This document shows positions 15,701 to 30,700 of a stretch of DNA of 64,000 bases, one piece after another. The position numbers were made by a program, and so were the translations under genes. The DNA is from Owenia fusiformis (taxonomy: Eukaryota). Position 1 is the first letter of the stretch; every line of letters starts with the position of its first letter. A model generated the notes under the pieces. The model made no database searches. It saw nothing but the letters and a program-made list of their open reading frames with translations, and had not been told where the DNA came from. The DNA lies in the NCBI GenBank assembly GCA_903813345.2, contig CAIIXF020000001.1, positions 36,952,001 through 37,016,000 on the forward strand. The letters run 5' to 3'.

Positions 15701-18700
15701 ATTGTACAAGCGGTTCAAATCTGGAAGGGAAACTGAGACCGATTATCCAAAATGTGGACATCCGAGAACAGTGAGAGCGCTAACTAATGCGGAAGGGATA
15801 GATGCTGAAATAATGATGATGGCTAATAAAGGGTGTGATAACATTTTTAATTTCCAGGAATCCACCTTTATTCTTTTTATTTTCCAACAAGTTTGATGCG
15901 ACTATGACAAATTAATACTTTGAACACTTTATACAAAAACTACTATTTTTACACAAATGTCATGTTTTGCGCGTTGTTACACCTGCTCCACCTACCCTAC
16001 TCCTAGGTTACTATAGCAACCATATTATTCAGTCTACTGAGTTTCATGATATGAAACTTTTCAACCTTATTCACAACATATTTGGACACATTTTGTCAAA
16101 AAATCAGCTAGATTGAAAAGAAAACCAATAAAATACAGCATCATTCCTGAAACATATGGAACACCCTGTATAGCTGGCCATTGGTCATTTTGTCCCCTGT
16201 AGAGATACAATGATAGTGTGTGACATGAGCAAAGGACGCACAGCAGTCAATTTCTGTACATACTCTTTGATATTTCCAATGTAATGGGGGTTTATATGCA
16301 CTGCATACTGTTTGTTTGGTTCGACATCTGAATGTTGAAACTGCATATGATCGTTAAAATACCAAAACGATTCTCCAAAGGGAACAATTACCAAACCCTT
16401 TAATGGAACATTTTCCTACTTTGATTTTCTCCAGCTCTTGTTGCCTGTTATTGGCCTCCACTATACATGCCTTGTAGGTAGTCTCAGCCTCAACAGCCTA
16501 AAACAACACAATATTCTATTAAGGGAGGCAACAAAGTATATAAAATACACAACAGTGGTATGACAGTCTGTGTTCTGACAGTTCATGTTCTAGCATGAGA
16601 TTGGTTAAAGTGGCCATGCAAAAAAGCATTTCACAAGCTCTTACGCTTGATCATTTTCAAATCCCCAAATCTGCTAAAAGCACTTAACTGATGATATCTC
16701 ATATCATGTATATTTTAACTCAAGACTGATCATGTGTGAAACAAGATAATTGCAAGCCATGCCATTCCTGTCAAAATGTTTATCACATGACTGATTTTCA
16801 TTATTTTGATCCTTGAGAATATGGAAGTCAGGTATGATTGAAGTGTTTATGCTTAAAGTAGCTTGTGTTGTGATTCCAGTATTCAATTAATAGTATCTCA
16901 AAGATATAATAATAGCAGGTCTTGTCTCCTACCCTGTGTAATGCCTCCTCTTCCAGCTTCTTTCTCTTATCAACCTTGCTCTCAGCCTTACTACTACTCT
17001 TTTCTTGAACCTCATACTCAGCCTTTGCCACCGAATCCCTGGCTTTGTCATACTCCTGCTGTCTCTGTATATACAGGGCCTTTGCTTTCTGCAGGTTAAT
17101 GACTGCATCTTGCTGAAATGATATAAAAGTAGGATGACTTAATTGAACTGAATTTTTTCACTGTATTGCATGTAGTTCGGAATTAATAGGTACATGTACA
17201 AATGAACAATACATGAAGCAGTAACTTGAAGTTTGCACAACTTGATTGTTCATATACATATTCTATTTTAAGTTCTAACCAAATGGAACAATAGGCAGCA
17301 ATAAAAAACAAAAACAAATCCAAGACTTAAAATAAAATTACGAGAGTCTCTTTCATAAAATGTGTGAATGTGTATAGGGCATGCACAGATGGAGGATTTC
17401 TCGATATCTGACATAATGTCAATTCCTTATTTACCATTTTCCTACACTCTTTGGCCCACAGATCTTTTAACGCTTTTCTAGATTTCTCATGTTCATTTCT
17501 TCTTGCTTCTAAGGGCTGAAAATATAAAAGTTATATGCATCATGCTTTATTACTCCAGCATGTGAACAGATTTCTATCCATTGTAGTACATACATTTCAA
17601 CTCTTATATAGCAGTACATTTCAACTCTTATATAGCAGTACATTTCAACTCTTATATAGCAGTACATTTCAACTCTTATATAACAGTACATTTCAACTCT
17701 TATATAACAGTACATTTCAACTCTTATATAACAGTACATTTCAACTCTTATATAACAGTACATTTCAAAAAATTGAATTTTATTGAATTATTTGTGTTGA
17801 AAGGCACTTACCTTTCAAGATTGATTCATGGAATAAAAACACAGCCCCCCCACAAAGAAGCAAACCCCCCAGAACAAAACATTTTTAAAATAAAAAAATT
17901 ATATCTCATTTTGAATTTTCATGATAGAAATAGCAGTGGAGTTGAAATTAGCAGCCATTCAGAAATTCCATCTGATCAGGGAACTGAACCTATTAAATAT
18001 CATTATTTGAAATATGACCAAAGTTGGTAAAGAAGCAAATGATGATTTTTTCATGAAAAATAGCAGCAGTTTTAAACCAACTTGCCACTTTGAGTAAAAA
18101 CCCGATTTACACTTCTACAATCTACACCTATGAAGTACAGTTCCTAAATTAAGCCAAAACATAAATCTTAGCAAAATTGAAATTTCCTTTTGAGCAGATA
18201 TAATCAAAATATGAACCCCATATAGGATAGTCTCTATATATTTGTAGGCATACATATACTTTGTCCAAAATTTATTTAAAAGTAACTCTCGAGGATATCA
18301 AGTTTACTGTATCTTACTTCAATGAATTTGTGTGTATTAATGAGAGCACATGTGCCTTGAAGCATGCCAGCATGGTCAAGATCCTGGTCCAGAGCAGTGC
18401 AATAAATGGATTGCATGGGGAGGAAGCTCTGAAATAACAAATAAATCAAGTTCAAAGAATAGTGATAGATGACAAACAAAAAGTAGAATTATCAGCCCTT
18501 ATCTACTTGAAGTGGTTGTTACAAAACAGGAAGGCTGGTCAGGGTCGGAAGGTGGGGATCTTTTTGTTGCATAAAATAAACCATTTCACCACCCTACCTG
18601 AGTATTATCCCGGAGATTCTTTAGTGACAAGGGGTCTAGATGGTTTGTAAAAGTACCTTTCTAAAACCCAAATCACGGTTACACCTGAATTTAAGGAGCG

Positions 18701-21700
18701 TTATACCCTAAGGTGCTTTTCTTAAAACACTTAGTCTAATTCCAGTAAATGTTAATTCAATTGATATGAATGTTTTGAGGTTCTATAAATATATCAGCTC
18801 AATAAAGAATACAAAATTTTTACCATATCTACAAATCATAACCTCAACTCAAACAACAGACTTTAATTAAGATACTGCTTTACATGTTACAACATTGCAA
18901 GCCCTGAACACTATTTTCAGCTTTTATTCCAAAAGTTTATATGCTGGTTATATACATCATGCTATATAGTGATAAATCCTTTTATCTAATCAATCAATTT
19001 ACTGAAGTCGTAGCTAATTATAATATTGTCACTTCCAGCATTTCTGAATGTCGGTGGAGATTCAAATTATTTTCCTTATGCAAATGGCCTATTATAACTT
19101 AAAGCAGAAAACACGTTCGTAGCTTATTATAATATTGTCACTTCCAGCATTTCTGAATGTCGGTGGAGATTCAAATTATTTTCCTTATGCAAATGGCCTA
19201 TTATAACTTAAAGCAGAAAACACGTTCGTAGCTTATTATAATATTGTCACTTCCAGCATTTCTGAATGTTGGTGGAGATTCAAATTATTTTCCTTATGCA
19301 AATGGCCTATCATAACTTAAAGCAGAAAACACGTTCGTAGCTTATTATAATATTGTCACTTCCAGCATTTCTGAATGTTGGTGGAGATTCAAATTATTTT
19401 CCTTATGCAAATGGCCTATTATAACTTAAAGCAGAAAACACGTTCGTAGCTTATTATAATATTGTCACTTCCAGCATTTCTGAATGTCGGTGGAGATTCA
19501 AATTATTTTCCTTATGCAAATGGCCTATTATAACTTAAAGCAGAAAACACGTTCGTAGCTTATTATAATATTGTCACTTCCAGCATTTCTGAATGTTGGT
19601 GGAGATTCAAATTATTTTCCTTATGCAAATGGCCTATTATAACTTAAAGCAGAAAACACGTTTGTAGCTTATTATAATATTGTCACTTCCAGCATTTCTG
19701 AATGTCGGTGGAGATTCAAATTATTTTCCTTATGCAAATGGCCTATTATAACTTAAAGCAGAAAACACGTTCGTAGCTTATTATAATATTGTCACTTCCA
19801 GCATTTCTGAATGTTGGTGGAGATTCAAATTATTTTCCTTATGCAAATGGCCTATTATAACTTAAAGCAGAAAACACGTTCGTAGCTTATTATAATATTG
19901 TCACTTCCAGCATTTCCGAATGTTGGTGGAGATTCAAATTATTTTCCTTATGCAAATGGCCTATTATAACTTAAAGCAGAAAACACGTTCAATATTAGAT
20001 AATTCTTAACAAGCCTTATAGGCTAAAATCACTGAATTTTACAAAGACGTGGACCAGCACCTCAAGACAAGTAATAATAATACTTTTACTTAATGAAAGG
20101 AAGAGGGTGATCATATTCCCAGTTTTACCTTCCTAATTCTTCTAATAATAAAACAAATCACATGTTGGGATTGGCCAGGGAATGTGACTTTATAACAATT
20201 CTACAGAAGGAAAAGGATATTTCTCACTAATGGGAGCGCAGTGTGTTTATGAGTATCTGAGTGGGAATTAAGATTTATAGATATGGTTTAAAATGTTTAT
20301 TCTCATTTGAGCTAATTATAATTAAAGCTAATTTGAGCTAATTATTTTAAAACAGCCAATCAATATTGGAAATTGACCCCTCAAAACACATTGTTATGAT
20401 AACAGGAATTTGATGGATGTTCAGACTTTTTTCATTCTTTTAATGGTAAACAGACAAATTGGTTGTTAGGTCCCTATATGGAAGAGAGGTCTGAATTTTG
20501 GGCTTTATTAATGACCTTTGCCTAAAATGTAAGGTATATAGTCATGTTTCTTTCAAAATAATGAATTTGGGAGAGAGAAATTATTGATATAAAGTATATT
20601 TAAACCTGTCAAATATTACATATTATAATATGATACGTGGCATCACAATAGCTAGAACAATTGATAAACTGGTCGATTTTATGATTTATGTCAAATATAT
20701 GACCTCAAATTTTATTCTGGCCATTGCCAGTTATAGAACATCAAATCAACTTGAATAAATATTAAACAAGGCATTAACATGACAAAATGTCACCACCTAG
20801 TTGCTCACAATATTATGAGTTCAATCTTAAGTCAGGTTTGAATTTCTGAGGACTTGTAGAAAATTGGGCAATTTAAAGCAAAATGAAAAAATACTTCTGA
20901 TAACTTGTACATGATTTTGAAAAAATTTGGTCAATTTGAAACAACTTGAAAAAAGACCTTTTTGACCTTTTTTGACCTTGAAAGGTTACTGAAGGTCAAA
21001 TCAGTGACCTTGTAAGTACTATATTTAGCATACTGGAGGGCTATTGGCCAAAGTTGGACAAAAACTTCAAAATATCAGTACAGAAGTCTTTATCAACACA
21101 TTGTCTCTTATAAAAATGTTATCTTTCAAAACGTTATACTAACACATACCTCATCAGTTAGTACAGATTTCATTCCTTGAGCTAACTTGCTCAGATTCTT
21201 GGCAAATTCAAATTCTGAAAAACATAAGTGTAGGCTGTATTGGCATGTTTTCTTTGATTCAAATACAGTGAAATAGACTGACACATGACAGCTTTTATGA
21301 ACTCATTCAATAGAGAACAGACATCAGAGTTTAAAATCTTGAAAGCACATGTACCTCTTACGCAATAGGTCCCGGATTCGATCCCTGGTTCAGGCAAGAC
21401 TTAATTTGCTTGTTTGCGTAAAGTACTTCAGATTGGTTGACTGAGTGATTAATAACTTGTACAAAAGGCCATGGATTATATTTATACAGGGCTCCTTCAA
21501 GGAGAGGTTCCTGGGTCTGCCTTCCATGATTGCATACGTTAATTTTGACCGTATATATACGGGATATACCCAATTGCTCACCTTCATTGGTGGTAAACAA
21601 AATGCAATACAATAAGAATTGAAGAAGGCAGTCCACTTTTATCTTTTGCAAGATGACCTTAAAAATCGAAGGAATATCCTGAAATAAAGTCAGAAGTGTT

Positions 21701-24700
21701 TGTTAAGGTATCAACAAACTAGGTTATATCCTACCTAAATGTGTCCTTTTATCAATGTAGGTGATGATGTCTTTGGCATATTTCGACCAGGCTTTACTCC
21801 TCTGGAGGGCAAGCTCCACACCAGATGTCATCTTCAGTAAGGCATGATCTATGTCTTCCCCAACAAGAGCCTCTGCAATACAAAGGAACCATAGCATTAA
21901 AATGACAACATTTCACAATCTAGTTGCAATCATCCAAGTGTAACCATTTCGTGCTGACTGTACATTACAGATGTATTCCATAACTACTGAGGTTCTTTGT
22001 ACTTTATACCTCATTAAGTTCTAAACTTCAAAAATGTTTGTGTATTCATTTTCTTGGGTCTTAAAAAGTATTTTTTAAATTTGTGAGTTTGTGACACATA
22101 TATTACTGGAGAAGATCAATGAATTAATATTAAATTTTAAATATACAGTATAAGTTTGAAAAATATAACCTTTATTTTGTAAATTGAGTTAAACATAAAT
22201 TGAGTTTGCTTTTCAGGAGCGATAGGTCCATAGATACACTATATATTCCCGCTCGTTGGGATTTCAACAAGTAGGACGAAGGTAGTGTGGCTAGCCACTG
22301 GTAATTCAGAATCAGACTCATGCAAGAACAAGAGATCATCTAAAGAATGTCCACCTACCCATTTGTACTTCAACAGGTTCAGATGATCCAGGGAGCTCTT
22401 CAAATGACTGAAAAAGAGTTATGGAGGGTCATGAATCATATTGATCTCAAAACATTAAAATGTTCTCAAGAAAATATACTGTTGTATGTTTTTTTGATTT
22501 TGCTTAGATAGCAAGCATAATTTGATTTGATGTTCCTCAAAATATTAATAATTAGAGACTGAACAATATGTCAGTTCAACTGTAACACATACTCTAGTTT
22601 TTGCCATAGGCTGTACAATGTCCACATCTCCCATCAGGTATTCTGAGACACTAAAAACAAAAGCATGGTATGACACTTATGTTCTCATGTATCACTTTAT
22701 TACTGTATACTTAAAAATAATTAGACTTTCAGTAATATTGAACTACAAAATTGTAGAATAAAATCAGCTAGAGATTTCAAAATAATCCCTTAATGTCACA
22801 ATATAACATTTGGAATCTATCAATGATTTCAGCAAATTTCTAACTTTTAAACAATGCCCACATTTAAGCAGCCATTTTGATTGTTTTTGTGCAACCATTT
22901 ACTTCGAGACATACATCCTTCCACCAATTTTGAAAATGGTCTCTTAGTATTTGTGCTATCCCAGTTTCCCATATCCCTTACAAACTTGTTCATTAGGATA
23001 TTAATACTGTATCAATAAAAATGTCAATTTAAAGCTGTTAATGAACTCCAAAAGATATACTGTATACCATAAACCACAATTTGATATAATGTTTTCAACT
23101 TGGTATAAAAGAATAAAATTCTTTCAACTTCTCTTAATTCACATGCATGGGAGAATATACAGGGTGCATATTTTGTATTATCCCATATACATGCTACCCC
23201 TACATAACCCCACGCATACATACCTGCTGCTGAATGCCAAGGCAAGTTGGTCTATGTTATCATGAAACTCTGCAAGTTGACTAGTGGCACCATCATATGT
23301 ATAATCTACAAATATGAAAGATTCAAATAAAGGATTATATACAAATCAAAGTTATTCTACCAGATGAAACTTCATACTGTTCTTCTGTGTTTCTGTGTTC
23401 TTCATTGGTGATAACCAAACGGGGCATTAACACCAAAAATCTAATAAACAATACAGTATAAAGAGTGTCAACATGAGCACATTGTTAGTAAATGTAACAA
23501 TTGTTACAAAATGGTAGCTTTACAGCTATAATAATGTGTTCCACTTCTTGGAGAAAACATAATAAAAAAAAACAAGGCATTAACTTGCAAAATGTCACCA
23601 CCTGTCTGTGTTACAGATTCCAAACTCCGAATGTTGAACACAATCCATAAAAAAGTTAGAGACTATAACAATATTTCACAACCAAAGAGACTATTCATTG
23701 AATTTCATTAAATTGAAAATCAGGAATTACAATGCACATGAGTTTCCAAACATCTTCTAGAATTAAAATAGCTATAAACAGTATACAGAAATGACATCTA
23801 TCTGAAAACTAACATTTTATTCTTACTTTTGATGAAAGATATCAGAAGTCCTGCAGCAGTGAGGATATCTGTAGAGTGGAGGGAGGGATACTTCTGTAGC
23901 ACCATCTTTAATATAGAGAGCACCTCTCCCAACCTGTCATGCGCCAAAACACGTACACTATCTCCCTTCTCAGATTTGTCTGCAAAATAGTGAAAATGCT
24001 GTGTTATAATTTGGTACATGAACAGCCCCCACGAAGGAGTATAATGTGACATCGTTGGTAATATTCTAGCTAAATAGAAGTGTATTCACAAGCTAAACTA
24101 TACACACAATTCATATGAAACTTTTATTGATGTTAAATGTCAACATTGGTGGCTATATATTCTCCATACTTCTATGAGGTGGCTATATATTCTCCATACT
24201 TCTATGAGATTGAAAGTGCCAGTTACTCCATTTTTGACTTCAGTTGATTAAAATTACTCTAAACATTATTTTGATACTTAAATCACGGCCAAAATCGCTT
24301 GCTAATCATAGAGATTGAATACAAGACTAAGCACACAATTTCTTTGCTATTTTTCCTTACTAAGACTTTATGCGATCATCTCAAAACACTGAAATAAGAG
24401 CAAATAAAAAGAATGATGTATCTACTGAGAGATATAACAAAAGATTGTGGCTCTGCAAAAACTTGTTTCACTTGATTAGATCTTAAATAAATAATACATA
24501 AATGTGATGTGCTTGTATTTGTGATAAAGGTATAATCAAGTGAAGGACAAATCAACATTTTTAAAGTTTCGTTACATGAGGGAGGGGTTAAACCTGAACA
24601 AACTAACTTTCCATGACATTTGATAACTAGACACCATCTCAAGGCCCATATATATCAATGACAAGCAAACTTTTAGGGTTTGCTAAACTTTCTCTGTTTT

Positions 24701-27700
24701 TTATAGGTTATTGTTATTTATTTCCATATTATTCAACATAATTATTTACATAGATTGTGAGGGGCCGAGGCTATATAGCATTATTGGCCCCCCTCTCTGT
24801 TCTGCATTTTGGTCATAAATATACAATTACAAGTTTAAAGTGTTTATTTCTATGGAACACTCTCATATCTGAAGTAGACTGGTAGAGATTAGAGTATTAT
24901 CCTTCTCCCTAAGTCTACACACATATAAATCCATGTTCTTAAGATAAGATCCACTTTGAAGATGTTTGTAATGGTATCACAGGAACATAAGATATGAAAA
25001 TGAACATTTCAGTATTTAACCTTAAAGGCAGAATCAGATCTACAGGGGTGACAAAGAGCTACAAGCAACATTTACAATTGACCTACAAATCTATTCCTTA
25101 CAATCTCAAATACAAAAATTTCCCTAAAGATTCACAATATGTTATAAATTGGTGAAGTTATATAATGTATAAAAATGTTTAAATTCTTCCAAATAGTAAG
25201 AATGATAACCATTCTTATAGAAAAATAATACTCTATCTTTAGTTTTCCTGAAATAAAGTGTGCATTATGGGTATTTTTAGAAAATAGACATGACAAGGAA
25301 TGACATGAGCCAGAAATATTTTCTGTTTGCCTGCCTGCTAGATCTGATTCTCTCTTTTATTAACATGTCAAGTGAATGACACAAAGACTAAGGACATTTG
25401 GTGATTAAGGTCACAGATTTGCCATTAAAGATGTAGACTCACTCTGTTTTTTCCTGTTTCAATTTATCTTGATAATACTTTCTATATTTATATACAGGAA
25501 ACTGACATAATCTTTTAAAAATGCCAACTCAGAAACGAAATACCAGTCACAAAAATGGTAGATATAACAAAATTCTTAATGAAGAAATAAAAGCTTAAGT
25601 GAGACTGAAAATCTTACGCACTGAACAATATCTAATTTCCCGGGGAAAATTGCTGGTCATTAATTGCACTATTGACCGCCATAATGGACCACCACTATGA
25701 CGTCACATATTGCGTAGGTCGATATAATAAATGAATGCCTTCATAACTAGCACTAAAACCCCTAGAACTGGCCTGGCAAGGTGGTAATAATTGTAATTAC
25801 TGCATCATACAAGCAAGTGTGTTCTAATTGAAAGCCTGGCATTGCAATTAAATCATAGTTAAGGTGTTGTGAAAGGTTATGGTGAAGTGAGATTAATTGA
25901 ATGTGATAAACAAGAGGCCAGCTTGACTTACACATTGCATCCATGCTAATTACCCAATCTGTTACACAGCTTCAAGAAATATATCCATGGTTAAATTTCC
26001 CAGATTTCTTCATTGTTTATGACCCAGCATGAAACACAGCTACAAAAATGTATCCAGGATTAATTTTCCAATCTGAAGCAGAGTCTCAAGATAAACTGCC
26101 ATAACTAATATCACAGCTTCAAAAAAATTTTTTTTTTAATTCATCACTTGGTCTGAAGCACAGCCCCAAAAATTGTGCCCATGATAATTTGTTGATTCAG
26201 AAGTATGTTTCCAAATTCATTCAAATTCCAATATAAAAACAAAGTCTGGAGGAATAGAAGGAGCATGTATATGAATATTTTTTCTTACTCATTTTGTGCC
26301 GTATCATTCAATGAAAATCCAACAAAATTAACAACATAAAATTTGTGTTGAACTATGTATATTCATTAGTATGAGCTAGTAATTATCTATTGTATATGAA
26401 TCCAGGATTATGCATGAGACTGCCTCTTCGTTTGATAAGACAATACATGGTACAGTGTATATATAGAGGTTGTTGACTTAAACAACTGGACCATTCTGCC
26501 ATTGTTATCAGCTAGAAAAACTTATTGTCCAAAGTGTCAGAGTCTAGTACATTCTAAAGATGAAGCTTTCTTTTAAAAGAGCTTCATCAAACTATTAAAA
26601 AGGGTTATACTTTATTGCTTTGATAAATGAAACAAAGAAATATGTCAGGGTAATGAACAGTGGGCAATGAACTGCCCGCTGCAATGAATTGCTGGTTTGA
26701 ATATATTGCATATTTAGACAGATTTTTATATAATTATGTTTTTCAATGAAAAATTAAAATAATCCCTGTTTGTAATCATGCCCTCAGAATTTGAAAAACT
26801 GAAATAATAGAAAACCCCTGTATGTAATCATGCCCTCAGAATTTGAAAAATTGAAATAATACAAAATCCCTGTATCTAATCATGCTCTCAGAATAACATT
26901 GAAGCGTTTTCATATTGAAAATAATACAAAATATCTATTTGCAATCATGTACACGGAATGACAGTGAAGCATTTTGTTAACGTGCCAACAAATTAATGAG
27001 AGATATTGTTAAGTAGAGCCAGTGAATCTATGCCAAAAATGACACTTAATGGAAAGATAGTCACAACTAATATTGTTTTCATACCATAGTTTGGGAATTT
27101 GAACACAATTTGTGAAAACAATACAATTTGCATTTTTTAGGTTAAGTTAGGGGGGGGGGGGTAAAGCAGCCTTTCAATCAGTATAAATATGTAAGTGTAT
27201 GTTGTATACAATGTACATGAATGTTCATATATCTGGCACTAATTGAAAAGCCTTAGTTAGTCATAGAGTGGTTGACCTGATGAGGTCACAGTTGTGTCCT
27301 AAAGCCATTTAAATACACTAGAGATAATAGTGAGAGGATACCAAGAGTAAATCAATGTTAATATATTGTACAGTAAAACATTTGGAAATAAACATCTTAT
27401 CTCTCTTATGTACACATCTCTCATATATGAGATAAAATGTTTCTGAGACAGGACAGCGTGCAGTTATTTTCATGTCATATAAAGTGTTCACATTGAACAT
27501 GATTTTCTACATACCCTCGAGGTACGGCGTTGAAGGCTAGTCTTAGCATCAGAATTCACCAAAATCTTGTAACAAATGTACCACCCATTCTATTTAAGTA
27601 TTTTTAATGTAATTTACATATTTCATGTATGAAGCAAAACTATCGCCACTTGTGCCAAATAATATAAGTGTCCCTAGAAATCATCTCTTTTAAAATAAAT

Positions 27701-30700
27701 TGGTCAACAATAATTGTTTCACAGACCATATAATGCTAATCTATATGTACTGCCAATGAAGCCAGGGAGCATATTTTGTAAATATTTTCAAAATGTACAA
27801 CAGGAGTTAAAAGCAAGAACAGAACATCGCTTTCACAGATATATTTCATTCATTCATAGAACTGTATTCTCAAGCTTTTACTAATAGCAACATGGCTTTA
27901 ATGATGTTTCAATAAGAACCGATAAATGAAGTCTCTGCCAAATTTTTGTTATGAAATTCCCTCGCAATTTTTTGTTATGAAATTCCCTCGTCGATTTAAT
28001 TCCTCACTGAAGTTACATAAAGTATTTCGAAAAACAGTTAAGATCTGCACTTTAAACCCATACCGTTTTTGTAATTTAAGTGAGGAATTAAATCGACGAT
28101 TCGGTTGTCTTCTGAGCTATTTTTTCGCAAAAATGTACATTTTCTAAAACATATGATACTGATACACGTTTGTGAGAAAAAATGTCATGGGATTTCTGCC
28201 TACAATGCGTAAAATAAGGAAAAAAAGGAAAAATTGTACCTTTGACGTTCCGACATTTTGTTAGGGAAACAAACCGTTTCAGTAACCCGCGTAATCGAGC
28301 GGATCACCAGTGAGCTGGGGATTCTGAACTGAAATACTATACCCATATCCCCTGATGAACCAATCGACAGGGACATGTCCAGTTTTTTGGCCATAATTCC
28401 AACTATAGTCCCATATGGAGGGGGGGGGTATGTGAAACATTGTTCCCAATTTTTGACAGATGAAGTTATATATCAAAGAAATTTACTTTAATAAATTCAA
28501 AAGTGTTTGACTTTATAAACAATAGGCGTGACATTTTACGATGACATGGCCATATGGGGGGTATCCCATGAAATATTGTTTTCAATTTTTGACAGATAAA
28601 GATATCAAAGAAATATACTTATATAAAGTCAAAGGAGTTGACTTTTAAAACAATGACCTGGCAAAAAGATTGTCAAATTGTGACACCTCCTTGAGACTCT
28701 CAATGTATCTTTATCCTCTCTTGGAGGGTTTTGAGTAAAACTTGACGACTATAAAACCTCTATAATTCAAACGCCTCTAGGACAAGCCAAAAATGTTCGG
28801 ATTAGCAGGTGTTCGCATTTTAAGTTTTTTCAACATGTAAGTCAATGAGAGATCACAAATTTGGGACCCAAAAAGTGTTCTCATTGAGAGGTATTCGGAT
28901 TTGAGAGGTGTTTGAATATACAGGTTCCACTGTACTTCGAAGTCCAGAGACTAGAAGTAAATAAAATACTACTGATGTAAAGTTCCCAATTTTAGAGTGG
29001 TGAAGTAAGATAAAAATTCAAGAAAACATACCTGTATCACTTTGAAGGATTTTTTTCAACCTTGCAAGGACATCAGAAAATCTTCTTACATCTTGAGTGA
29101 GTGAGAGGATCTCGCTATGATCCATATAAGGAGAGTCGGTCGAGTCACGTTTAAGATTCTCAGCACTACCTCTTCTACGCATTTTACACGCATCTCTCTT
29201 AAAAAGAAAATTATTCAGATTCAGAATGAAATTTAGAACTATGTGATTAAAGATTCAATAGTGAATGTCACTGAGGCTCAAATATGCCTCATAACATCGT
29301 GGAAATAATTGCTATTTTGTAGTTAATTTCCCAGTTTTGGTAATAAAAAAACATTTACTTTTTTTGTTGCTCCTTTGCAAAGTATTAATTTTATTGATGG
29401 AGGACTTCATAGTCTCTCAATGCTCTAGTGTTTTTAATTACTAGTATTTTTTCACATGGACACATATATTTCGTATCCCAGTGCACTATTTATACCAATC
29501 AGGCTTAACAGGTTAAATGGGTTAAAAAGGTGTTCTACTTAATTAAGGGTACTTTCAATTTAAGTTATTTTTGTTGATTCTTATTCTCGATTTTATGTAT
29601 AAAAGTAATTTGTTTTTTCAATTAAATATTTAATCACAGTATAATTATTAGCTATTTTTTCTGAATTGAATATTAAGGGCAGAATCAGATGTATAGGGGT
29701 GAAAAATACAAGCAACATGTACAATTGACCAACCAATCTATTCCTTGTAATCTCAAATACAGTATCTCCCAAAAGTTTCATGATATTTTATAAATTGGTG
29801 AATTTATTATGGGTTCAAAGTGCAAAAATGGGTGAAAAATGTCTAAATTCTCCCAAATAATAAGAATGGTAACCATTCTTATAGAAAAATAATTATTGTA
29901 AAAATCTTTAGTTTTCCTGAAATAAAGTGTTCACTTTGGGGATTTTTAGAAATTAGATGACAAGCAAAGACATGACCCAGAAATATTCTAAAATTGAAAC
30001 AATTTTTTGTTGGCCTGCTCGCTAGGTCAGATTCTCTCTTTAAACTTAATCAATAGCAGAAGTGAGCATAGGCCGTGGGAACATGTGTAAATCAAAAAAA
30101 AAAAGTCAAGTTCTATTAGAAAAGAGATAACTTCCTATTCTCTTTTCATAAAGAACTAGAATTAGTTTTCTCAATATATGTTCCTAAGGCCTATGGTCGT
30201 GAGAATATGACAGTCATCAGACCTTTTCGTCTTTCCAAATACAGTGGTATGCCACTTGCCAAAATACAATACATGAACCTGTTATAAGACAGCACAGTGA
30301 ATTTTGGCACATCAAGTTGTTTTTATTTTTGTTGATACCTTTTCATTTTTGTACTTGTCATCTTGATTCGTCTTGGTATATCATGCCTTGCCAAAACTGC
30401 ACTTCTTTTCTATTCACAATATGCCAACAAACATATTTTCCAAATAGGATTTTGTGATTGACATTGAGTTTTTTATTATCTTACCTATATTCTTATATTT
30501 AAATCTATAAGTCCATCATTTAGAACTATAAATGCAAAAGTCGAAGCTCTCCAAAATGCACTTGTTTAAGATCAGTTGTGTACATAAGATGTTTCCATTG
30601 ACTGATGTGCATTCAGATTTCTAAGGAAAAGCAATAGTAAGGAGGTTTAAGGAAAGACAATAGTAAGGAGGGCTGTTATATGGTGTCTTCAAAAATGCCC

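Noticed and set aside
17509..17786. Repetitive ORFs (MYCYIRVE)n and (STFQLLY)n
   Set aside because: Artefacts of a 24-bp intronic minisatellite.
27990..28097. 19-bp perfect inverted repeat GTCGATTTAATTCCTCACT
   Set aside because: Probably an internal feature of a small MITE; no support for an ncRNA.
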